This document shows positions 57,002-64,000 of a DNA stretch of 64,000 nucleotides, one piece after another (position 1 is the stretch's first letter; each line of letters begins with the position of its first letter). The notes under the pieces are model-generated. The model was given only the letters and a program-made list of their open reading frames with translations. It searched no databases and had not been told where the DNA came from. Made by a program: the position numbers and the translations under genes. The stretch covers positions 5,760,001 through 5,824,000 of the forward strand of contig OZ223209.1 of NCBI GenBank assembly GCA_965140415.1. The letters are read 5' to 3'. The stretch is from Myxococcota bacterium. GTDB taxonomy: Bacteria > Myxococcota_A > SURF-8.

Positions 57002-59851
57002 ATGAAAGTGTTACAGAAAATCGATCTTCCGGTCATTCTGGAACAATTGGCCGCCCGCTATGGCAAAATATACGGACCGATGCGCCGCCATGGAGGCGAA
57101 TTGCGTTTCGGCCAGTATCTCGGCGAAGAACTGGATCTGGACGGCGGCCTGCCGATGAACTCGCCCAAGGACATCTTTTCCTCTCGACTGGCATGGATCG
57201 AAGCCGCGCTCAAAGAAGGAAGAAGCGAATTTCCAGAACCCGTTGTCTTGTTCGGAATTCGCCCCTGCGATCTGGACGCGCTGGATCGTCTGCAACAACG
57301 ACTGATACCTCAACTAGGGGAAAACGTACTGCTGGGTGAAATGGTTTCTCTGATCGTTGCCAACACCTGTAGCTTTCCGGAATTGAACTGTTTCCACGCC
57401 TCGATGGGTGGCGATCCCAAGCAAGCACCCAAGGCGGATATCCTGTTCTCTTCGATCGGAAACGATCTGTACATCCACGCCCAATCCCAGCGCGGAACGA
57501 AAGCGCTGGAGCAGATCGACAACTGGTTGCGCGAAGCCGACGACAGCGAAAACCAGCAGTTGCACGCCGTTTCCAAACTCGGCTTCCAGACTTTCAGAAA
57601 GCCCGACATTCCGCGTTTACGCCAACAACTTCATGAACGAATCGGAAAGTTGGCGCTATCCGCCGAGTTCGAAGACTGTTTAGCCTGCGGCAACTGCTTG
57701 CAGGTCTGTCCGATGTATCTTCCCATTGCCGATACCTTGACCAAAACAAAGGTTTCGACAACGAAACCCACTTATCAACGCCTGCCTTTCGAGAACATGC
57801 TAATGGCGTTGCAGGACGCCGGGCAACGCATCGACTGCGTCGGCTGCGGGCGATGTTCGAATGTCTGTCCCAGCGGACTGGGAATGCTGGAAGCCATCGA
57901 CAACGTATTGGGACGGGTCCGGCGTGGCGACACCAGTTCGTCGTTTGCGTCAAGCAAGCTACCCGAATGGCTGTTGCCCATCCGGCAGAAACTGGTCACA
58001 CCGGTAAAAGCCTTTTCCGTCATTCGACCCGGCGACACGGTTTTTCTTGCCAGTGGCTGTGCCGAACCGCAGTTTCTGGCGCGCGCCTTTATGGAAAACT
58101 ATCACAAGTTCTTAAACGTACAGGTCATTCATCTGCTTTCGATGGGTGCCGTCACCTTCGACGATCCCCAGCTCACCGACCATTTACGGCTCAACGCCTT
58201 TTTCATCGGCGATCAGTCGCGGCAGGCGGTCGCTAGCGGTCAGGCCGATTACACGCCGGTGTTTCTTTCCGAATTGCCCGAACTTTTTCGCAGTGGACAA
58301 ATCCCGGTGGATGTGGCCCTGATTCAGGTATCCCCGCCGGATCGACACGGCTACTGTACGCTAGGCATTTCGGTGGAAACCATTCAGGCGACGGTAGCCA
58401 GCGCCCATACGGTCATCGCCCAGATCAACCAGCATATGCCGCGCACCTATGGCGATACCGCCATTCACATCGACGATATCGACGAAGTCATCCACGTCGA
58501 TGAGCCGCTGATCGAGTGGAGACCGCCCGCTATCCGTGAACGTACCGCCAAAATCGGGCAGTACATCGCGCAACTGGTGGAAGATGGGGCGACGTTACAG
58601 ATCGGCATCGGCAAGATCGGGCAGGCGCTGTTACCGTTTTTACGCGAACGCAAAAACCTGGGAATTCACACCCAGATCATCACGGACGAAGTCATCAACC
58701 TGATGCAAAAAGGGGTGGTCAATAACCGACTTAAAGGCATCAATGAAGGCCGAACGGTGGCCTCCTTTGCGGTGGGTACCCGGCGCTGTTACGCCGCGCT
58801 GGACAACAACCCCTCCATCGAGTTTCGGGGCATGGATTATGTTTCCGATCCCAACGTGATCAGCAAAAACAACAAAATGACCGCCATCAACTCGGCCTTT
58901 GAAGTCGATCTGGCCGGGCAGGTCTGCGCCGATTCCATGCACCATCAGTTTTACAGCGGCATCGCATCGATGGCCAGCTTCCTGCGCGGCGCGGCGCGCT
59001 CCAAAGACGGCAAGCCGATCATCGCGCTTCCCAGCACGGCTTTAAACGGTGAACACTCGCGCATTCAACCGCTACTGTCTCCCGGCAATCCGGTCGTTGC
59101 GACCCGTGGCGACGTGCACTACATCATCACCGAATACGGCATCGCCTACCTGCACGGAAAATCGCTGCGCGAACGGGCGCTGGCCCTGATTGAAATCGCG
59201 CATCCCAAGTTTCGCGGCTGGCTACTGGAACAGGCCAAGCAGTTGAAATACATTTTCGAAGATCAGGAACTGCCCTCGTTAAGCCAGCACGTATATCCCG
59301 AAGAATGGGAAACAACGGTATTTACCACCACCGGCGAGGAACTTTCCGTGCGCCCGATCAAGGCTTCGGATGAACCGGCCTTACAACGGCTCTATTACTC
59401 GCTTAGCGATCAGGATGTCTTCATGCGTTTCATGGGTAACGACCGCCATTTTCACCATAACCGCATGCAGGCACTGACGGTCGTCAACTACGACACACGC
59501 ATGGCCATCGTCGCTACACGCGGACGCATGGGACGCGAGGAAATCATGGGCATCGCCCGCTACGACATCGACCCCGCCTCCGGCATTGCGGAAGTCGCCT
59601 TTACGATTCGGGACAGCATGCGCAGACAGGGCATCGGTACCCGGTTACTGGAACATCTTACGGTAATCGCCAAAAGCAAGGGAGTGAAAGGGTTCCGCGC
59701 GGAGATCCTTTCCCGCAACCGGGCGATGATGAGCCTGTTCAATACGTCGGGCGCAAGGCCGCATTCTCATGTCGAGGATGGCATGTACACCATGTGGTAT
59801 GCTTTCGATTCGGAATCGGACACCATACAAGAACCAACCCCAACGAAGTGA
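57002..59851 (+). CDS. Fusion: AsrA/FlxCD-like 4Fe-4S domain + acetyl-CoA hydrolase/transferase-like domain + GNAT acetyltransferase
   Basis: FGIRPCD, CLACGNC..VCP, CVGCGRC..VCP; GCAEPQ, DVALIQVSPPD.HG, TLQIGIG, TEYGIA, IAHP.FR; RPI..SD, AEVAF, RRQGIG. ATG 57002 preferred (RBS GGGGTG). Confidence 0.88.
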   Translation: MKVLQKIDLPVILEQLAARYGKIYGPMRRHGGELRFGQYLGEELDLDGGLPMNSPKDIFSSRLAWIEAALKEGRSEFPEPVVLFGIRPCDLDALDRLQQRLIPQLGENVLLGEMVSLIVANTCSFPELNCFHASMGGDPKQAPKADILFSSIGNDLYIHAQSQRGTKALEQIDNWLREADDSENQQLHAVSKLGFQTFRKPDIPRLRQQLHERIGKLALSAEFEDCLACGNCLQVCPMYLPIADTLTKTKVSTTKPTYQRLPFENMLMALQDAGQRIDCVGCGRCSNVCPSGLGMLEAIDNVLGRVRRGDTSSSFASSKLPEWLLPIRQKLVTPVKAFSVIRPGDTVFLASGCAEPQFLARAFMENYHKFLNVQVIHLLSMGAVTFDDPQLTDHLRLNAFFIGDQSRQAVASGQADYTPVFLSELPELFRSGQIPVDVALIQVSPPDRHGYCTLGISVETIQATVASAHTVIAQINQHMPRTYGDTAIHIDDIDEVIHVDEPLIEWRPPAIRERTAKIGQYIAQLVEDGATLQIGIGKIGQALLPFLRERKNLGIHTQIITDEVINLMQKGVVNNRLKGINEGRTVASFAVGTRRCYAALDNNPSIEFRGMDYVSDPNVISKNNKMTAINSAFEVDLAGQVCADSMHHQFYSGIASMASFLRGAARSKDGKPIIALPSTALNGEHSRIQPLLSPGNPVVATRGDVHYIITEYGIAYLHGKSLRERALALIEIAHPKFRGWLLEQAKQLKYIFEDQELPSLSQHVYPEEWETTVFTTTGEELSVRPIKASDEPALQRLYYSLSDQDVFMRFMGNDRHFHHNRMQALTVVNYDTRMAIVATRGRMGREEIMGIARYDIDPASGIAEVAFTIRDSMRRQGIGTRLLEHLTVIAKSKGVKGFRAEILSRNRAMMSLFNTSGARPHSHVEDGMYTMWYAFDSESDTIQEPTPTK

Positions 59852-59860
59852 GGTGATGAA

Positions 59861-60316
59861 ATGGACGAGCTTCAGAAAAACGACTTGTTCCGCACGGCCA
59901 TCGGGCGCGAGTTGGAAGCCTATACCTTTTATAAGGATGTTGCGGAGCGAGTGAATAACGCCGCCGTAAAACAGATTTTCGAGGAACTGTCCATCGAGGA
60001 AAAACGACACGAGGAAATGCTCTGGAAAATGAAGGGTGACGACACGGTTTCTTTTAAAATCAATGCACCGCAGGATTTGAAAGTTGCCGAAACGGTGGAT
60101 CTGCCGCCGCTGTCGATGGACATGAAACCGGCGGACGCCATCGCGCTGGCAATGAAAAAGGAAGAACAGGCCGTAGCCTTTTATCAGGCGCTGGCGAACA
60201 TGTGCCAGGAAGAAGAGACCAAACGGATCTATACCGAGCTTTCCAAAATGGAAATGACGCACAAGCATCGGCTGGAAAACGCCTTCGTCGATATCGGTTA
60301 TCCGGAAGTCTGGTAA
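59861..60316 (+). CDS. Ferritin-like/rubrerythrin diiron domain protein
   Basis: AI..E.EAY.FY, EEKRH, KEEQA..FY, ME..H. Confidence 0.88.
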   Translation: MDELQKNDLFRTAIGRELEAYTFYKDVAERVNNAAVKQIFEELSIEEKRHEEMLWKMKGDDTVSFKINAPQDLKVAETVDLPPLSMDMKPADAIALAMKKEEQAVAFYQALANMCQEEETKRIYTELSKMEMTHKHRLENAFVDIGYPEVW

Positions 60317-60326
60317 GGGGAGCCCG

Positions 60327-62021
60327 TCAGGCCGAGGTGCTTTCCAACCAGTAGTTGTAGTTGCTCATTTCCTGTGCCTGCAAGATGTAATAGGCATGCG
60401 CGGCGCTCTTTGCGTTGAAAAGCTGGTGCCGGATATTCGGGTCCGAACCCAAAGCACGCGCCAATGCGGCCAGCACCGCCAGGTGACGGTCGCGCTGATT
60501 GGGCGGAGTCGCCAGTAACACGATGCAATGCAGGGGAATGCCATCGGGTGTGGGAATGTCCATGCCTTCACGGCTTATCGCCATGGCTCCGATCATGCTG
60601 TCGCCATTTTCCAGTTCGCCATGCGGAATCGCCAAACCTGCGCCGATACAGGTGGAAATCTGCTCCTCGCGCTGCAATATCGAGGCCAGCAGTTCTTTTC
60701 TGTCTACATTCAAATGATTGGTTCGGATAAGGATGTCCGTCAGTTCGCGAATGGCTTCTTCCTTGCTGTCGGCCCTGAAGCCGGTCACGATATTCTCTTC
60801 ATGCAGAAAATCGATCAAGCGGGCCTTGTCCATGCCGTAATCACCCGAACGCACCAAGGCCATGCGTGTGAAAATCGGACCGATGATTTCGTTAAGCAGC
60901 ACCGAGGTCAACCCCACCGCCAGAATCAGGTTGGCGATTTCGCCGAACTGGGGATCGGCTTGGACCATCAGAATCAGACCGACCGCCACACCCGCCTGCG
61001 GGATCAGCGCCGGACCGAGGGTGCGCCGGATGCGACTGGGCGCTCCGGCTAAACGCATGGCCAACCAGGCCGCAACGATCTTCCCGGCCAGCCGCAACAC
61101 GACAACCAATATCGCAATAACACCACCGGCCAAAGCGACTCGCAGATCCAGTTCCATACCTGCCAGAGTGAAAAACACCGTTAAAATCGCACCTTCCAGG
61201 TTGGCAAAAACACCGTGACCGATCTCATCTTTTTCCGGTGTCAGGTTTTCAACCGCCACCCCAAGGAAAAGACAGGACAATAACAGCGAGACGCCCAGAT
61301 AGTCTGCCAGTCCGGCGGTGACGAGAATGGCGATAATCGAAGCAGTGGCCAGCCGGTCGGAACGTACAATCTTGCGCGTAGCCAGAATCAGCAGTAATCC
61401 CGCTCCAACACCCAATGCCGCCGAAAAAACCAGTTGATACAACGGCGCGGAAAAGACCCGCAGCAGGCCGCAATTCAAGCTTGGTTCCATGAAATTTCGC
61501 GCCGCCCGGTAGGCCAGTTCGAAAAGCAGGATACAAGCGATGTTGTTCAGCGCCACGGCGGCCATCAAGGTTTTTACGAACACGCCCTTGCTGCGGCTCT
61601 CCTTGACGATGCTGAAAATCGTGGCAGGGGCGGTGGAAATCGCCAACATTCCCAGCAATAACCCCAAACTCCAGTGCATATCCGGTACAAACAACATACC
61701 CAGAAATACAAACGCGGGAGTGATGGTCGCTTCCAGCGCAACGAGAATCAGCAGGCGCTTGGTGGCGTTTCGCAAACGACGAATGTTCAAGTGACTGCCT
61801 ACAGCGACCGCAATCAGCCCCAGTGCAAAATGGGTGATCGGCAGCAGGCCATCCAGCGTTTCCAGTGAAAACAAGCCCAGCAAAGAGGGGCCAAGAAGCA
61901 GACCTACCACGATCTGACCGGTGACGGCAGGCAGACGCAATCGCCCGGTCAGATTACCGAAAACGCTTCCGGCCAGCAGAACGATGGCCAGGGTCAGCAA
62001 TGGATTGGTTCCATGCAACAT
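60327..62021 (-). CDS. Cation:proton antiporter (CPA) fused to PTS EIIA (Fru/Ntr-type) domain
   Basis: P.VTG.I..G..LGP, STAPA, PQAGVAVGL, EIIGP; C-terminal RE...ST..G.GLAIPHG; start uncertain. Confidence 0.88.
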   Translation of the reverse strand: MLHGTNPLLTLAIVLLAGSVFGNLTGRLRLPAVTGQIVVGLLLGPSLLGLFSLETLDGLLPITHFALGLIAVAVGSHLNIRRLRNATKRLLILVALEATITPAFVFLGMLFVPDMHWSLGLLLGMLAISTAPATIFSIVKESRSKGVFVKTLMAAVALNNIACILLFELAYRAARNFMEPSLNCGLLRVFSAPLYQLVFSAALGVGAGLLLILATRKIVRSDRLATASIIAILVTAGLADYLGVSLLLSCLFLGVAVENLTPEKDEIGHGVFANLEGAILTVFFTLAGMELDLRVALAGGVIAILVVVLRLAGKIVAAWLAMRLAGAPSRIRRTLGPALIPQAGVAVGLILMVQADPQFGEIANLILAVGLTSVLLNEIIGPIFTRMALVRSGDYGMDKARLIDFLHEENIVTGFRADSKEEAIRELTDILIRTNHLNVDRKELLASILQREEQISTCIGAGLAIPHGELENGDSMIGAMAISREGMDIPTPDGIPLHCIVLLATPPNQRDRHLAVLAALARALGSDPNIRHQLFNAKSAAHAYYILQAQEMSNYNYWLESTSA

Positions 62022-62288
62022 CCGGTGAACGTTTCCCCATGTTTTGAAATGAAAAGCCAAATTTTCGAACGTACCGGAACCGGTAAAATCCCTTCCCGAT
62101 TTCCGTTCGAATAATGCTATTATAGCGCCTCTTTCCGGCTTGGAACAGAAAAGGCGTCACAAAAAAGAAAATAGAGTATACTGGCAAGGCTTTTAAAAAA
62201 ATTGCAAGTATATCAAGCTTTTCTTGACGATCCGAGTGCAACATGCTAATGAGATCTGCCTACTAGCGCTAATCGAGGGAGTGTGGAA

Positions 62289-62576
62289 ATGACGAAATCA
62301 GAGTTGATAGAACAAGTTACGACCAAAATGGATCTGCCCAAAAGTCAGGCCGAGCAGGTCGTCAATCTGGTCTTCCAGTCCATGGCGGATACGCTGTCGC
62401 AAAAGGGTCGCATCGAGATCCGCGGCTTTGGAAGTTTTTCCAGCAAGCATTATCCTGCCTATCAGGGACGCAACCCGCGTACCGGCGAAGTCATCGACGT
62501 GCAGGAAAAATGGCTGCCGACCTTCAAAGCAGGTAAAGAGCTGCGCGAGCGCGTGGACAACGGCGAATTCAAATAA
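62289..62576 (+). CDS. ihfB: Integration host factor beta / HU family DNA-binding protein
   Basis: MTKSELI, RIEIRGFGSF, GRNPRTG, P.FKAGKELRERV. Confidence 0.9.
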   Translation: MTKSELIEQVTTKMDLPKSQAEQVVNLVFQSMADTLSQKGRIEIRGFGSFSSKHYPAYQGRNPRTGEVIDVQEKWLPTFKAGKELRERVDNGEFK

Positions 62577-62640
62577 TTCCCGACGCAGGTTCGATTCTCT
62601 TCCATTGACTGGATGAGCTTCCAGCAGATCGAGGCAGGTC

Positions 62641-63810
62641 ATGGGACTCATGAACAATGTGGTCAGCCTGAGCCAGTTTCAGGTCATCGGCCATCCGCCC
62701 AAAGACGACGTGGAAGCCTGGCTTGCAGATCGTCTGAGCAAATCCGCCTTTCAGCCGATAGACGACCTGATCAAGGAACAGTCCAGCGGCTGGGTTTGTC
62801 TGGACGATATGACCGACAACACCTTTGCGGAGGCACGCGCGTTTCTGCGGCCTCCCTACGTCTGCTTCAGCCTGCGCAAAGACGAGCGCAAGGTGCCCAA
62901 AAGCCTGTTGACGCAGCAGGTGGACGCCGCCTGCAAACGCTGGTTAAGCGAACATCCGGATTTCAAATTTGTACCCAAAGAGCTTAAAGGCGAATTCCGC
63001 GATATCGCTTTTCACAACCTGCTCAAAAAAAGCCTGCCGGTCCCCAGTACCTTCGATGTCGTATGGAATACCGATCTGGGTGTAGTCAGTGCGACCTCGC
63101 TGAACAACAAGGAACTGGACGCCTTCTGCAAGCTCTTCGAGCAAACTTTTACAGGAACCGGCCTGCTCGCGGTGCATCCATTCGCACGCGCCACAATGGT
63201 GCTCGATCCCAAGCATCATACACAACTGCAACGCCTGAACCAGGCAGGCAGCGACCATGTGATGGATCTGATCAACGAAAACCTCTGGATCGGAAACGAC
63301 TTTTTGCTTTGGCTGGTCTACAACACCTGCGAAAGCGATTCGCAGTACGCCGTGACACTGGATGGTCCTGCGATTCTGGGCGAACCCTTCGTCGCACATG
63401 TCGACAGCCGCGTGCTGGCCGCCGGTCAGGAAGGGGAAGCGGTGCAGCGCATCACCTTTGCCGGTCCCCAGGGCGATTTCAGCGAGGTGCGCTCGGCACT
63501 AAAGAGCAACATGCAGTTGCATGAGGCGATGATCTATTTCGAGAAAGACGACGACATCTACAAACTCACCTTAAAAGGCGACCTGTTCCGTTTTGCCTCC
63601 TTCTCGTGCCCGAAAGTCAAGATCGAGCGCGACGAAACCACCAACGAGATCGACGAACGCGAGGCGGTGTTCTACGAACGCATGCACCTGCTGCACACCG
63701 GCTTGCAGATGTTCGACAGCCTGTTCGCGGAATTTCTGGAGCTGCGCCTGTCCAAGAAATGGTCGGCGCTGGTTACGGATATCCAGCAATGGGCCGAAGC
63801 GGCCCGTTAG
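62641..63810 (+). CDS. RdgC-like recombination-associated protein
   Basis: AF.PIDD..E.SSGWV, FSLR.DERKVP, LP.P..FDVVW, G.DFLLWL, FYERM. Confidence 0.7.
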   Translation: MGLMNNVVSLSQFQVIGHPPKDDVEAWLADRLSKSAFQPIDDLIKEQSSGWVCLDDMTDNTFAEARAFLRPPYVCFSLRKDERKVPKSLLTQQVDAACKRWLSEHPDFKFVPKELKGEFRDIAFHNLLKKSLPVPSTFDVVWNTDLGVVSATSLNNKELDAFCKLFEQTFTGTGLLAVHPFARATMVLDPKHHTQLQRLNQAGSDHVMDLINENLWIGNDFLLWLVYNTCESDSQYAVTLDGPAILGEPFVAHVDSRVLAAGQEGEAVQRITFAGPQGDFSEVRSALKSNMQLHEAMIYFEKDDDIYKLTLKGDLFRFASFSCPKVKIERDETTNEIDEREAVFYERMHLLHTGLQMFDSLFAEFLELRLSKKWSALVTDIQQWAEAAR

Positions 63811-63855
63811 AGCGATTCTTAATCATTTTTAGCGATATATGTTTTCTTGATTTCT

Positions 63856-63921
63856 GTAGCGGCGGAGCGTAAGCCCGCCGTTTTCAAAGTGTTTTTCGGC
63901 GGGCTTACGCTCCGCCGCTAC
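63856..63921. repeat. GTAG-type REP doublet (REPIN)
   Basis: Perfect 25-bp inverted pair GTAGCGGCGGAGCGTAAGCCCGCCG; related single copy at 30495-30519. Confidence 0.88.
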
Positions 63922-63953
63922 AAGAAGACATCGCTAATATCGTAAGGGATTAC

Positions 63954-63985
63954 GGTTGGAACATGACGGGAGCCATGCTCCAACC
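63954..63985. repeat. REP-like palindrome, uninterrupted version of the IS4 target
   Basis: GGTTGGAACATGACGGGAGCCATGCTCCAACC. Confidence 0.8.
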
Positions 63986-64000
63986 TATAGTGGTCCACAA

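Overview
Chromosomal window from a GC-rich diderm bacterium, probably deltaproteobacterial (Myxococcota/Desulfobacterota-like; taxonomy is inferred from gene content only). In order it contains: (1) a lipid or type II FAS/PKS-like cluster running off the left edge, with two FabF-like ketosynthases and two paralogous radical SAM enzymes, then divergently a GT2, an MMPL-methyltransferase fusion, an LpxL-type acyltransferase and a further radical SAM; (2) a TonB-dependent receptor and two more radical SAM genes; (3) six predicted lipoproteins with acidic Asp-Gly-Asp (DGD) linkers, two of them carrying 24-26 DGDxx pentapeptide repeats; (4) an HD-GYP regulator, tRNA-Gly and tRNA-Cys, and stress/housekeeping genes; (5) a carbamoyltransferase with SxtJ-like gene, a FadF-like oxidoreductase, an AT-rich PLD-domain gene, and an IS4 element inserted into a REP palindrome; (6) an hdrC-hdrB-hdrA(L)-mvhD-metV-metF operon, faced by an unusual Fe-S/CoA-transferase-like/GNAT triple fusion whose catalytic Glu appears replaced by Gln. 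Intergenic DNA holds several REP/REPIN-like palindrome families, including a ~133-bp element in three copies with compensatory changes. No rRNA or CRISPR array was seen. All product calls come from motif recognition, not database searches.
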